The notes under the pieces: model-generated
Databases searched by the model: none
What the model saw: only the letters and a program-made list of their open reading frames with translations
What the model was told of the DNA's origin: nothing
Source of the DNA: Lineus longissimus
Lineage: Eukaryota
Direction: 5' to 3'
Length of the DNA stretch: 64,000 bases
Assembly: GCF_910592395.1 (NCBI RefSeq)
Contig: NC_088308.1
Coordinates: forward strand, 2,790,001 to 2,854,000
Shown here: piece after piece, positions 36,673 to 52,100 of the stretch
Numbering within the stretch: position 1 is the stretch's first letter
Layout of the letters: the number at the start of each line of letters is the position of its first letter
Position numbers and translations under genes: made by a program

Positions 36673-39197
36673 ATATGGGGAGCATGGATCAGTGTAACTT
36701 TATCAAAGCATTAAGCTTCAAGACTGAGATGCGGAAAATATTTACTGTATGCGCCGTCTTTGGAACATCGACCAAGCCACAAATAAGATTTAATGGTCGT
36801 AGCGCTCCAAGATGTGACAGGACAGCCTGAGCGAATTGGACACAGTAATCCTAAAGTATTAGCTTAGCAGCATACGCTACATTGATTGCCTATAAATAAG
36901 GACGTTCACCGAAGTGTCACATGGTCATGTCAGCGTCTGCATCTTCATATGTATTCATAGACTCGTGCCCATTTCCCAAGCTGGTCTTTATTGCCATCGG
37001 AACATATTCATTGTCCTTTTACTATGGATTTATAGGGCTGTTTAGCTCCACGTCACGTCATGGGAAACTGCAATGATACTAAGTCGTGATATAGATGCAC
37101 CGACAGAGCTTATAGCTTGGCAGTGCTATCTTGTCTAACAGAATGTTTTCATCCCTTTAGAGGGAGGGAGGGAGTTAGTGGAGTCACTCTACATTAATTG
37201 TGACATTCAAGGTCAAATACACATCATGCTGATGGATTTCGGCAAGATTTGCAACAACCTAAATTCGGGCCATGAATGAGGTAATCAGTTTGAATCTGGA
37301 GACAGGTCTTGATTTACAATGCATCTGAACTCTCAATTTACATTTTTACCCCTTTTAATCTCAAATGAAAATAAGATAATCCATACATGTATATAGAGGC
37401 AGATGTTTTGCTGATCGAATGTTAGAGTGATAAAGAAACCAAATATGTTACTTAATCTTAAAATATTCATTCCTTATTCATAGGAAAGCCATTCATTTCT
37501 CTCATAATTAATTCAAGTGCAGTGTTGATTAACAGGCAATGGTTATTTAAATAGAACTTCCTTTACTATGAGATTTCATCATCTTCTTATTTAAAGGTAA
37601 TTCAGAAAATCATCGCACAAAGATCAATTGTTATTCTGGACATTTTCCATGATCTCTCCAAGGCTTTATGGCTACATTTCCTAATGAGGCCATCAGAGAA
37701 TTTTTATGCATCATGTTTCCAAGGCAACGATAAATAAATAATCAGTCAAGAAAGCTCAAGTTTCTCTGAGGAGTTGGTTCCAGAGGCAAATTCATCAGGA
37801 AGCTAATCGGCCAAACTTTGCAAATAATGGATGAATTGAAAACTTTCCCAACTTGCCACTCTAGGAAACAGATAATACTAAAAAGATTGTGCGCTTTCAA
37901 TTTTAAATTCAAGGCGAGTTCCACAGCTTCAAATTTCCTCCTGCAGGTACTTTAAAAACTGGCTTTAGTTACGCCCAAGCTTTTAAGCTTGTTCAACCAC
38001 ATAATTGACACCAAACACTCTTGAGTGGGAGAACCAATGTTTTGAGGCAAGGTGGTGTCAACTTTTCCATAGCAATAGGTTCTCTCCTTCTCATCAATTT
38101 GAAAATGAGAGTTGTCATGAATTATTAGACGCTATATAACGAGTCATTCTGCATATCTGAAGAGGTGGTGATGGATGACTTTGTATTTATCATCAATAAA
38201 TAATCATATCTGTTGCAAGCTACAAAGTAAGCTAAGGAAAAAAACATTAGCGTGGATACCCAGTGGAATATGTCCATGGAACATAGAAATGAACTACCGG
38301 TAGTGGGTAGAGTAGGAACACACCATGCCTGTGAGTATTTGGCCAAAGATGGTAAAATAGATCAAATGTACTCTTTGAATTTTGCTGATATTTAAAACCC
38401 ATTTGTTCAAACTTGAGATATATGGCAAACATTGGGTGTGACGACCGAAAACTAACGTGGGATGTAATTCACTTGAGGATGTGATACATATACACACATT
38501 TTTATAGATTTATCACAGTAGCCACTGCATCATGGATCAATGACATTCTACATCATTCGAGATGATGACGATGTATGCTACATCATCAGTTGGTTATAGG
38601 GCTGGGGTGTGTAGGACTTGGTAAGTACTTTATACCAGAAAGTAGTCTATCGAGAACTATAAAATGCCAGATAAATTGGTTCAAAAATAAATATTTTAAC
38701 TAGAATTGACATCTTCCAATAGCAACAATATGAGCTGAATAAATATTTCAAGAATGCAGTTGAAGCATTATGCATGCCAAGTTTCATGTGAAATTATTTT
38801 GCTAGGCTACATTTACTTCAACAGGTCAAATTAAAACAATTTACTACAATAGAATTAGAAACACACACTGACAAAAAATAAAACAGATTACAATCACCTG
38901 CAGATCGAGCCAACAGAAAAGTATGACAGTTACAACTGATTTGTAAACGTCAGTCATCCTGAACTAACATAGACCAAACCATAGGAAAATATTACATAGA
39001 AGTGGCAATTTCTTCAGAAGCCACCAAAAGAGACACAGCATCCCCCGTCAGTAGACAATCTCATCCGAATCTTAAGCCAGTACGCAAGCGTAGATGACAT
39101 ACAGACAACACACTAAGAGACAAGATGAACAGAGAGAAGAGAAATGCTCGAGCGCCTCGGTGAAATGTACACACAATCTGCATCACATTTACCATAC

Positions 39198-39230
39198 CTT
39201 GAGCCAAAATCTGTTCGGTATCAGAAGCAT
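39198..39230 (-). CDS. Candidate alternative first coding exon: MLLIPNRFWLK
   Basis: atcATG (A at -3) after an in-frame upstream stop, 11 codons, phase-0 donor AAG|gtatgg compatible with the HMVQ exon. Confidence 0.33.
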
Positions 39231-40695
39231 GATGACCGATCCTCCTCGGTTCCACCACTTTCCTTCAGAAAATCAAATGACAATGCCTTTTCTTGTTTTC
39301 CACATTTCATCCAAGGTATCAGATTTGGGAGTAGTCTATTGATCGGAGGGGTGGCAGGTTGCTGCTGCAGATGACTAATCCAGCATCTCCGGCAGATTCT
39401 CTCCAGATCAATAAGAAAAGGACTTCCAAGACATAACAGTGGTACTTCATGATCCATATACTTCTCACACCATTTGAAAGGTTTCTACCAGATGGGATAA
39501 GAGTAGACACCATCACAGAGGGTGCAAACTACTTAGAAGAGAGTGATGGCGGCCGATTTTACGGATCCCTGAAGCAAGGCCATTTTTGAGATTATCAGGC
39601 CTGTCTTTCAGTCTTTGAGCTAAAACCAGTTATCAACAGGGTCTTGTTCTTACTTTCCTCATTCAATAGAAGAAGATGTCTCAAAATTGTTGTCAGCAAC
39701 CTGATACAAGCAGAGACCATTACAGGTATAAAAGTACCCTTCAATGGGCAGCAAAAGGAATTTAGAGCTAGATGATGTGAATGGTCAATCTTTTGCTTTG
39801 GTAACAATCAACGCTCTGGGAAAAAGTTACAGCATCCAGAGGGTGTGTCACAAACAGTAGATAAACTGCAAGAAAGAACTCGAAATAAAGCCACGTCAGC
39901 AGAACTTATCAATTCAGCTTTCAGCCCAAGAAGCCAACTTTCACGACAAGATGATTAAAAAAATTATCTTCCCGTATCAGTAAAAAGCTTTTCTCGTGAT
40001 TCTTAATGCCGACGACGACAAATGGAAGTCCCACATGCAAAGCTGTCATAAAGACGCTGCATTTACTGAAGCTGAGAACCACAGCAGCAGCGCCAATAAC
40101 TTAATTATTTCCATGGTAACCAACAGAAATTTCTGGTGATCTAATATATCAGGATTATGGGAGTTTCTTCCGGGTTTCCATCAAATGGAATGGTCCACAA
40201 CCCCAAATGGACTTCCGATAGCAGGGTAGTAGTCATAAAATGACAAAAGTGTATATTCCCAAAAATTTCGTAAACATTATCAGGTTTACAGATGCAAACT
40301 AATTTTACCGAATTCCAGATAAATGACCTCTAATAATCTGAATAATGCATACAGATCTACATTTCCTGATGATTCTATTCATACAGAATTTGATAAATCA
40401 AAGTTTCCTCACAATAATTTGATAACATGATAAGATCAAACCAATAGAATAATCCATCGCCATGGTTATGGATTTCCCGCGGACACATTGTATCGGCAAC
40501 GCATCTGAAGAATAAAAACAGCAATGCTATTTTTCGCCACGGCCCTAATTAGGCGAGTTGAATAGAATTCTGGTGTCTTTTACAAAATATGGTCTTCCTA
40601 TTTAACACATAGTCACATATGCTCTGAAAGACTGTTACTAATTAACTGCGGATTCAAACTTGCTCACAAAATTCCCCCCATACAGCAGATCTATG

Positions 40696-40709
40696 GTTAC
40701 CATGGAAAC
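40696..40709. promoter_or_regulatory. RFX X-box motif GTTACCATGGAAAC
   Basis: Matches the 14-bp RFX palindromic consensus GTYNCCATGGNAAC. Motif match only. Confidence 0.45.
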
Positions 40710-43700
40710 CGGCAAATCCAACGATGTCAACTGTATATTGGTGGCGAGTAGGATGAAAAACCATCATTTGGAAGGATGGAAGCAGAGGTTGAGAAATCCC
40801 GAGTGTGTGTTCCATAACGTTTTAGTAGATAGGTTTGGGCCGTAATCATCAACTAGACTGTTAGATATTCAGTGCAGGCACAATGACTTCTATTCTCTGA
40901 TGTGCGATATCAAATGTCGTGCCATCCCCTAGTATTATAGTGGATCGAGTGATCTTCGCGACCGCCTTATTTTCACCTTTTTTTTGTAAAATGTTTGTGA
41001 ATTTCTATTGCATGATCCTGTAACGCGTTAGCCATAGATGTGATCAGCAAACCCTTTCTACAATTTCTTTCTTGGGTGTATAAAGCATTGCCATCTGTGC
41101 ACAACTATCTGTCACTTGATCCGTCAACAGCAACGGGCAAGAACTGAACTGAAAACTTCAAGTGCTGCCATCTGCATGTCCTAGGCTAAATTTTAGAATC
41201 ATCAAACTTCTGCATTTTGAATCGGAATCGAGGTCAGTTCGTGGAATTGGCATGATTGCTCTAATTTTGCCATTTAGAATGTTAGAAGAGGATAAGTTCA
41301 TCCGTTTTGAGTGGTCCTTTTGTCATTCATGTGCATGTGCAGTGTTATGAATGATAATCATAAATTGCTGCCATTTGCTGAATCATCACCATTATATTTC
41401 CTTTTTAAAAGTCGATTATAGGCGGATGTTCTCTATTCAAAATGCCCCCATCTGCATGAGGTGAATCCAGAAGCTAGTTGTTCTTTTCTCAGCTCTTTGA
41501 TAATGACCACGTCATAAAAGACTAAAATCTTTAGATGAACTACTAGCATGCCGAAGCCTTGTGTGTCGAGATGACCATTGACTGGCCCAGTGAAATGATG
41601 TGCCCCGACTGATTCCCTGATTGACTTTCCTATTTTCATATTCAGCCCACTGTGATACTCTACCTTTATGTCACAAGGGCTGCCTGGTAAAATGAATGAA
41701 CCCTCCAATGAAAAGTGCCCCCTTATGAGGCTCAGAGGCAGGTGATGGACTTGCAGATAGAACAATCCCGTCATCTATCATCTTCATTACCAAGCTAATC
41801 CCCTGGGTATGGATTCATTTTATGTGTTGTTTGAAGCAATGGGCCTCTAATTATCTATCTGATGTACTCAGATTGCATTGGCAATTTCACCTGGCTTGGA
41901 TCCCTGCTACTAAAGAGCAAGACAAGAAGCAGGAGGTTTACCTGGGTAGGCATAGGATACATTTCACAGGTAGAGAGAGGGCAGCCATCAGAACTGGCAG
42001 CTGGAAATGGCTTCAACTGAAATGAACCACCCAACATAACATACCCAACATACACTACTGTCGGTTTGTTCTAGAATATAACTGATGTTTCCCAAGGCTA
42101 TTCCCATATACTTCTGACATCTGCTTCAACTATAAATTTTGTACCTATCCCTGTTTCTTTGCCAAAGGTCTCAAGTAACAATCACAATCTAGCATCTAAT
42201 CCCTCCATCCATCATTTCTATCTTTCCACTAAGCAACAGAATCCTACCTCTGTCATATATCATGGTACTAGCCAACAGTGCAAGTTTAGGATCTTGACCT
42301 TGACCCTTATTCTTCAGATCCCCCAAGATGCATGTCACAAGATCAGTGCAAAAGCCACCCCCTCCCTCCCCAAAGAGGCAGCAAGGATAAGAGCTACAAC
42401 ATTTTTGGATGGCAGAAACTATCACCTCATGTCCACGATTGCAGTTGATCCAAGCCGACGGCCTTTGCTGGTAAACTGATCAGCAGCTTCAACTTCAGAG
42501 AGACATTCTTGTCATTCTTTACCAGTATCCATCAGAAAAATAGCCAACATGGCTGGCGATTTATCACTTTTATCAGCTTTTTGCTTTCAGACATGATGTA
42601 TCTCTATGTAGCCCACATGGTGCATAACTAAATGAATTTTCTTTAGAAGTAACATATGTATTGGTATATATAAGTGTACAGCTGCATTTTACAAATTTGG
42701 GGTGAATTGAACCTGACTTTCATCCCCAGACTGTACATTGACCAGTTGCAAGCGAAGATAACAATGACAAGCTTTTAGCAATTATCAGGAGATGTAAATC
42801 AACTGGCGACAGCTATACCAATCAGCAAGTTAACTGATGAGAAATGCTTTGAATACAGGCAACCATTAACCACCAAGTTGTATTGGCATTATTTAGCTGG
42901 TAACAAGGAGTTGGTCATCAGGGGTGGGCGACATCAGAGAATGACCCTCCACCAGTTTATAACCAAATTGAAAAAGTTTTACATCCAAACAGATTGGCCA
43001 TCGAGGCAAAAGTTTGATACATTCGTTGATTGGATAATCAGCCAGTACAATTTGAGTACTCAAGAGCCATAGTATAGTAACCCATTTACTAACTCTTAAG
43101 TTATCTATCTAAACATTTCTACCATTAACTAAATAAACTAGCAATCTAATAACATTGCAACAATATGCCACTTATTCGCTGGAGAATTATTAACTGGTCA
43201 TACTAATATTGTTTCTTTGAAGGTACCAACATACAAACACTGGTGACAAACTTGGTGAGATATTTAACCAAAGCCTCTTGATATTGTACAACTGTCTGCT
43301 TCAGTGTTTTCAAGCCTCTCAAGACCAAGCTAAGTATCCCGCATAAAAATATGAACGACAAAAATATCGGCCACTAAAAGACAAACCATACCTTCAACAT
43401 TATGAAATCCTGCTGATCAACTCTGGCCGCTGCTCCTTTCAAAAATGTGTAGTGAACAAACTGACAAACTTTCAAAACTTCTTGCAGGAAACTAACAAGA
43501 TGGCCTATCCACAGAATAGACAAAGCAACTGTGGTTCACAGTTCAGACTGTAAATGTTGCAGATGATTGTGATACAGAAATAGTACCCCATTATCCACTG
43601 TTTAGCATGTGTCTAAACATAAAACAAAGTCAGGAACTATTTTGGGAACTTTTAGATAGGTTGAGCAGTTTGGAAAGGTTTCATATGAAAACATAAATCA

Positions 43701-46700
43701 CTTACTATCAGTGCTGGTGATACTGAGACATGAGCAGTCATCTGAAACACTTTTCAATATTTTTACCTGGGTACGCCAATTTTCTGATCCAACAGACTAC
43801 GGTATTGAGAAGTAGGCCTATTATTAACTTTGGTCAAAAATGTCATACACTAAGACACGCATATTAGGCCCAATTTAGCTTGAATCAGACAAGGTATCCA
43901 AGCAATTTGATGGCATCTGATTCAGCAATATCGTAGGAGTTTTACCTGAGATTGATGCTTCACTGAAAGACTGCATCATCATAGGGTACCAAATGTTCAA
44001 GGCTACTGGCTTTTTTGGAAAAAGCTCATCAAATTGACTGGGATTTATAGGGAAAGATCTCAGAGCACTGAATGAATATTTGAGGGATGGATTGGTTTAA
44101 AGATTGTAGCAACTTACTTCAGACAATGAGACATCTGGGTCAGTCAACTAGGAGCAATTTAGTAGTGTTGCAGTGCACTCACATCTATGTTTTGTGAAGA
44201 GTTAATTAGCTCTGCCAATTAGAGAATCTGAATTTCAAATTTGAAAAGAACAAGTTTTGAACCCGACAGAAGTTGGGTTTGTCACATCACAAGGAATGTT
44301 AATTGACAGCTTTTTAAAAACTTGTAGACTACATTTCCATTTTGACCAATTAACTCTGGCGTTTTTGATAATTACTCAAAATAAGACAGTCATTTCTCAT
44401 TAGATGGACTGCTTCACCCGCCCTTCTCCCCAATTATGAAATAAAAGCAGCGATAAACAATTAACACCAATTTTCACCAATTTCATTATACAAAGGGATG
44501 TTACCAACTCAATGAAAGGAAATCATGAAGAATTCGGTAACAAAAATAAAAATGTGACAATTGGGCTATACCGACATTTCTACCATTTGCCTTCAATCAA
44601 AGTTCTGGATGCACTTTGGTGTATTACTCCTTCCATCATTATAACTCTTTCCCGCTCCATTTCTGTCATTTTGATATCATTTTGTGAGTTGTCTTGCTCA
44701 ATGTCACAAGAAACATAGTCACACTCTCCCAGCAAGTGTTGCAAAACGATGTCGGGATGATATTCATTTTGAGGCATTTCTGAAGAAACCTGGTGATTCT
44801 CACAAAGCTTCAGGCAATGCAAGGCGTAATGGCTATTCCTGATGTCTCCCAAGAGGAAACATTATTTCCAGCGTCTTCTACCCTGACATCTTCATGGAGA
44901 ATCAATACCATCAAGAGCCTACAGCATGGTGTTGAGGTTCTGCCACGATCGGGCTGGTACAGCTGTCCATGCATTAATCTATGAAAACTGGCACGTGAAG
45001 TACTCCTCAAACAAATGAAACTGGAGTAATAAACGGATCAACTGGGAGACTTAAGAAATGGTGTTTGGAGAGGGAACACAGCAAAGCTGTAAAATAAATT
45101 ACGAACAGTCTAATCATCTTGGACCCAACTGCTATAACACTAACAGCCCTGCAGAGCCAGCAAAATCAACTTGACTAGCAATGTTGGCAAGAAAGGACTT
45201 CTCCAGCTCCAGAATCTAATCTAAATGTGGACTTCTTTACTACTAGTTCCTTTCTGGATGGAAGGTGTTAATGTTTTAACTAGCAGTGACTAAGCCCTGA
45301 CCCATAACACTCAGAATGACCCATCGCCAACATCCTCTGGGTGACTAACTTTATACAGAATGTAGCCTACACTACACAATCAGAGTGTGTAAGTACTGGG
45401 TTACCAGTATCTGATCAAGCCAGCAAAATGGACAGAGATCCCACCATCTCCCCCTCCAGTATATGGCCGGTACAGTACCAGGAGTTACTGATTAATCAGC
45501 ACTGGAGGACAAACTGTGCTGGAGGACGAAGGTGATGACGAAACAAGGGGTTCAAAGTGGCAACCCTTTCATTTGAGTTGGACACAGCACTTCATATTTG
45601 TGATTGGGCCTGGATCAAGGACTGGTCATTTTCATCTGCTGCACCTAAGACTGTGACTCAGCAGGTCAATGGGCCACATCACGAAGACTACTGGTGCTAA
45701 TGCTTTACAATCAGCTCAAGCCTTGTCAAGATGTCATCTGCTATACTTCCGCTGCAAATTGACTCTGATGAAAGACCAAGGTCATGCAACCAACATAGGT
45801 CAAGGTATAACCAAAACAATATCAATCATGTTGAACATCATCATATCAATCAGCCAACCGCAAAGGAATCTCCCATTGTGCACAATGCCCACATGAATAG
45901 GCGCACAAGTACCATGATATTTTCAATTGTGTCCATCCTGGCATGACCAGGGAATGATTGGAAGGGCGGGTTGCACGCGAATGCCACACTTATCGGCGAT
46001 CAACTCGCTAGTCCATAAAAGTGTGAAAGTTTGACTGTCTGACAATCGTGATGCAGAAGGAGTCATTTCACTATTCCCATCAAGGACTGTTTTTGAGGGG
46101 AAAGGAGCTAGCATTGTATTTGTACCCTCATTTGATTGGTTGATACTATCATATATGATACACGTCACCAGATGACATTCAAACTCCCTGCACATAAATC
46201 GCATTCTGAATGGTCAGTGGTGATCTGCTTGCCCAAGGACTCAATACACATTCTAGGTGAATAATTCAACTCCAATGAAGATATAGATGTTTTGTTTTTA
46301 CTCTGCAATAGGAAGGTAAGCAATTTTAGAAGGAGGATGTAGCTTACAAGAAGATAACAGAAAACATCCGATATCAGGATTTCCTGAGGATCTTAGCTTT
46401 GAAAGCAAAGCCGCAATCACACTCAAAGCGCTACTGATAAACGACCGTTTAAAAACTACAGGATAAATCTACAACACATAGTGAACAGAGTAGAACATCC
46501 CGCAAGCCAAGGCTGAATAGATGCATTCTACAGCTGGACATGGGCTGGCGTAATGCTCTGTAATGTAACCTAGACTACCAATGTACAGCTATAGTGTTGT
46601 AGCTACAGTCAATATGCTACAGTACACTAAACAGGATACATCATCTGAGGTCATATCCCATCCCGGGATGTTCTAGATAAACAAAACCAAATTACATACG

Positions 46701-48161
46701 ATTACAGAACAGAATACATATAATTTGCGGGGAAAATTGGCAATTACCATCGGATGGTGATGCGGGATGTGCCCATTGATGGGCGCCGGAGGAAGAAACT
46801 GTACCATCATCTTTTTGGTCCTCCCGTCTTCTCATGAACGAGACAGCATCAGAAATCAACTCATCTACTCGTACACGAGAGCCGTTTGTGACAAATCATG
46901 TGAATTAAACTAATAGGCGACTGGCCATACATTTACATGACAATGAGTTGGCCATATGCAATGGACAAGTACCAGCAGTGCCGCTATCGGCCGTGTGTGT
47001 AGTTCATCATAACTGTACGATGAAGCGAGTCAATTCAATGTAAAAATGAAAACTGTACGATAATTATCAAAAGGCAAACTATCTGAATAAAAGGCCGCAG
47101 ACAACAGCTGTGTGGCTTTATGAAACGTTGAGTTATGAGGAGGTTTTGCAAAACAAAATGTGCCACACATTTTGCTATAAAAAGATAGCAATAATTGTCA
47201 TGGTTACTGTTTGCAATGCGCAAATCAATTGACCTGAATAAGAAAATTGCTTCACCATGATTATTTTTGGCATTCTGACCAGGAATCTCAGGACTCGGTC
47301 ACCAACAGCTGACAAAGTGTGAAGAAACAGCCAAGGTCATGAGTAATCATGAATTGATATAAGCCCAGGATTTAGGCTATCTCATCCAGGACTATCTAGG
47401 CATACCATCCATGGTTGGGTTTCCTGATAGCAACATGATAAGAAATGGTTCAGTGAGTGCAGGCCTTCATTCCAGGATGGGGATGATGTTACATAAGTCT
47501 AATCATAAGAGGATAAGAGGATTACCATTCCTTCAGAGCTGTGGCGGTGGGATCATCTTTTCCCTCCAATTTCCAACTCATAGGCCTTTTTACTATTAAT
47601 ACATCAAAAATGTTAGGTATAAGCTGTGACCTAGCACATTTCTTATGTCCCTTTTACTTTGCCCAAACACATTTTAAAAAGCAACATACAGTCCTTTTTC
47701 AAAAAGTCACCAAAAGTATGAAAAACAATGGAAACTGATGGAAGGAGAACAGCTATGAGCTAGCTCATGAAAACAATTTTAAAGTTAGCAGGGATAGGCT
47801 GATATGGCAAAGCTTTTGGCATTACTTTGATCACCCCATTCAATCATTGTCCTGGTACCAGATGGTAACTGATTATCAACTTTTTTCTATAGTAATGAAC
47901 TGCATCAAACATTTAATGAGAATGCTTAGTAAGTTTCTACAACTTCTCAAAAGTTTTAACCTGGCCAAAGCAACAATGTGACTGAGTAATGGATTTCACA
48001 AGAAGTAGGCTATACTGGTGCTCTGAACATCCCTTCCATGCTTCTGTATATGAACAGTAGTGAAATACATGGGATGTGATCGTGTTGATTGGGGAACCAT
48101 GATACAAACTAACTAGGCCAACTGCTCAGGCTTTTGAGAGAAAGTTTAAGACAAAACTTAC

Positions 48162-48221
48162 CGGTAACAAACCCTTAGCAAGAGGTGTAGGCCACATTGT
48201 TCCTGGCTTTAGGTACTGCAT
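48162..48221 (-). CDS. Candidate alternative first coding exon: MQYLKPGTMWPTPLAKGLLP
   Basis: In-frame ATGs at 48221 and 48197 after an upstream stop; strong phase-0 donor CCG|gtaagt that would join as P|HMVQ. YY1-like and CCAAT/TATA-like motifs lie upstream. Confidence 0.4.
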
Positions 48222-48987
48222 CAAATTGCTATAATTCTCCAGGATTGCGGTTTAAATGTGAAATGAAAACTCTGAGAAACTTATCTTCAAGATGGCGGAG
48301 TGAACGGATGCAGACTTATGTGTAACCTGAGATAAGCAACTCCAGCAAGTCAAGAGGTCAGAGGTCGAATGCAGAAACTTGAGCTGTGGTTTGCTATCTC
48401 TCTAGCCAGTAGGGTGTCTATCACTCAATATGGAAGCTGTTAGCTTTCCTTATAAAGTGATTGGGCCGGCCCTTATCTGAGCTTATAGTACTGGCTATGC
48501 AAATTACTTTGTTTTTGGAGCTGTGATGCATGCCACAGATGTTTTCACTTAGCTTGTGGCGTGTCTATAAGAAACAAAGGAGGCAGTGTATATTCCTTCA
48601 GTAGAAGAAGGCACTGTTCATTCTCACCTATAAACATATTAAAAAGATCAACAATTCTAATTTACTGATGGTAGCAAGACAAGGTTCATCAAAAGCAATG
48701 AACATAAGTGAAAAGTCTGTCATTACATACTACACCCAGTGGAGAGAGACAATGGATCTAAGAAATTTCTATGATGCTGTTGAAAGTGTTTTGCAGCAGT
48801 TCTGACACGATTGGACATAAGAAATCTGGGCCTATCTTGATACTTTGATGTAGGCCTATCTCAAATTGATCTTTGCAGTGCACTAGGTCTACCTCAGGTT
48901 TAGATAGAACTGGGTTACCTTTATAGGCCTATGGTGTGAAAAGAGGACATAGTTTTCCCATCCTGATTTTTGGCTTCTAACAAAACT

Positions 48988-49160
48988 TACTGTAAACGCC
49001 TTTATTTTTGCCAGTTTTTGTGTCTCACCACAAGGCCTGGTTGTAAAGTAATTTGCTAATGGTTTTCCAATTGCAATGTTCGTTTCTAATGTACTAGGCT
49101 AAATATCAAAAATAAAAGCAAGTAAAATTTAGGGCAGGACAACTCAAGGGGTTTACAGTA
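48988..49160. mobile_element. Degenerate MITE with TA-flanked CTGTAAAC...GTTTACAG termini (Tc1/mariner-type TA target)
   Basis: Perfect 10-bp inverted repeat TACTGTAAAC (48988-48997) / GTTTACAGTA (49151-49160), extending to 17 of 20 matches; 173 bp including both TA. Confidence 0.6.
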
Positions 49161-52100
49161 CCTCATAGCTTTACGTCTACATGTCAAAAGGAACAGTAAT
49201 AACTATTACACCAAGGTAATGCTTTATTCATATTCACAGCCTGAGCAAAATGAGAGCTTTATTATTGTTAGGTTTCCATCTTTATTAGTAACAGATGTGG
49301 AAGTATATACAATATTCTACAGATACATTCCAACAAGATAAACCAATTCTTTCATATCCAAAAGACCTGAATTGCGCATCTCAGGGGCATCTCACAGGGT
49401 GCACCAGACCATGAAATTGACCATGCATTTTGGAAAGCACTAGGAATTTTGATGAGAAATGCGGGGTATGCCCCCTCGTCTTCCAGCTCCTGCTAATCAA
49501 CCAGGGCTCCTTGGAGATATTTCTCAGATATGAAGACATGAAAATTCCCTCGGAAACTAATCCAGTGGGGTTATAATTGGCATCGAATACAAACCAGAGT
49601 GATATGCACTATCACTGAAGCGAACGCTGAAGAATTTCGACCCACACTGCCACAGACTTCTTCTTTATTTGTACTCTTCATACCTGTGGACTGAGGAAGA
49701 TAATTTTATATGCAAAACTTTCACAGGGGGGGGGGGGTCTCTTAAGTGACAGGTCACAATTATTACCAATGCGCTCATGTGTGTCATGACTATCTCACAT
49801 CAACAAATCATTTCACCTAAAAAATTGATTAAGATTTAAGACCGACTATTATACTATGTATTAATTGGTATCACAGAATAATTTATTTGTGATAGAAATA
49901 CCAGATCCAACCAAAAGCCAGGATCTGCACAGCTGCATGCAACTCCATCTATGCTATGGGTATACAATGTATTCATTTAGATGCACTGCTGGTACTGCCA
50001 TCTATCATTATTCCAACGAGATTGCAGTCACAACATCTCTGATGCAGACAGATTACTCAAAAGAATAGATGCTGGGCGCATTCTTTTTTGCTTTAGGGTC
50101 GTTTTGATTATAATTCAAGCAAGAAAGTCATTTGACACTCACCCAAATTGAATCACTGATAATGTCCCATTCCATCTCATCATCTGATGGATAAACATTT
50201 TGCCTCTTCTCAAATACTGGATACATTTTGTGCATTTAGTAAAAATATATCTCCTTATTCCTTTTACTGTCCAGCTAGCATCTCATTTCACAAACATTGG
50301 TAGCATTTGGCAGAAAGGAGAAACAATGTATTTGAATATCCCCACAAAAACTCATTTCCTTGCACACAGACAGGTGAATTGGTGTGTTGCTATTTTTAGA
50401 CCAGTAGCAGACGAACTGGGGCACATCTAAAATGTGACAGTGATACAAAATATCACAACTGGCACACAGACCCACCTTTGTGAAATTATCATTAGAAGGG
50501 TACATGTACTGTAGCTTGCAATAGCAGGGCAGGGCCTTGGGTTTTAACCCTTTGAATAAATACGACCACTAGTTGATTTTCAAGGCCATTATTTGCAAAG
50601 GCCCAATTTTCAGACAAAAAAAGTGTCTTCTTCTTAGCTTTCACTCTCAATGATGATATTGCATTTCAGTTTCTATTTAATGTCAATAAAGCACCTATTT
50701 CAGAGATGATTATCTGACAAAACCATGTAACCATATATTGGATTATGTAACAAGTATGCAGTTTTGAAATAAAATACCTCTTCAACAAGAACAAGGTCTT
50801 GAGGACAGAAAGAAATAGATCTTCCAAGGACGCATCCTTAAATGGTACAAGTCTTGTTGGTATTACATGTAAATTACAACTGTTCAGTCTGCATTAGATA
50901 ATATTCTTAAAGGTTTAGGGCTATATAAACAGCACATTCAAATCTTTCCTCAGTCAACATACATTCCTTTTTATCAAACAGCCTGGAATACAAAATAACA
51001 GTCCAAAGAGGATGGTACTGATCAACTTTCATTGTCCACAGCTGAACTTTTGGCCCTCCTCTAGAAGGACGGATAGGAGGGATCATCCTTTGTATTGTGC
51101 TGTGAAGGACCAGTTCTATGTGTACACTACAATATGAATATAAGACAAGACCATTTTTTCAAGTGATTAAAAGCATCAAGGATCAAGGATGAAGAGATAA
51201 TTCACCAACTGTTGACATTACATTTTTACCTTAAATGTAAGAAAAACAAATATGAAAGAAATGATGCAAAGTAATACCTTTACCTTCAGAAGAGTTGTTG
51301 GTGATATGTTGTGCTCTCTTGGTGGCACAACAGCCATGAGTTTCATTCCTAATTCAGGCATTTTGTCCCAAATATCCTCCAAGAAACAACGGAATAAACG
51401 TCCTCTAGAGTATCAAATGATGGATGTGACAAAACAAAAGATCCAAAAGAAACACCAAGATGCTCAGTGCAAACCTTCTTATTGTACACTGGGGAATCTC
51501 CAAATGGTTCACTATTTAAACAGAATGAATCACACAATTATCAAGTCCCAAAGTTGCGAAACTTTGAGTTAAATTGATGCACAAAATGATGGGACAAGAA
51601 CAAGGTATTTGTTCTGTCAGATCCAATATAACTAACTCTGTGGTTTGAATTAAACTGACTTTGCAAGAACGAATTTCTCAGTACCAGTATCTGCCAGTGT
51701 TACGATGACAGTGTTATACACATGGACACACTGTGACTCAGAGAACAAAGGCTGTACATCCACAACCCACAGTCCTGCATGCGCTACCGCCTCCAGGTCC
51801 AGGTCCGACAACACATGGCAGCTCTTTAAACGGACTATTCAAACCTACTCATGCGAGAGACAATAGCCACGATTAGACAATAATCTTCCGATTTCTGTGT
51901 CTCACAGTCAGAATCCCGCCCTGACAAAGAAGCACAGATTGTGAACAACTTATAAGGAATTTGATGATGCCATTTTGTATAGAAGTTCGTATTAAGTAAA
52001 TATTTAAAAGCACATCTTGTGCAAGTATTGGTCATGTAAATACAAATACCTTTGTTCCTTCAAGTAGACAAGCGTGGGTAGTTCAAGTTAGACAATGTTA

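Noticed and set aside
43700..44145. GTAAGT donors near 43700 and 44113 with nearby ATGs as first exons
   Set aside because: The first frame hits a stop before the donor; the second ends in phase 2 and cannot join the HMVQ exon in frame.
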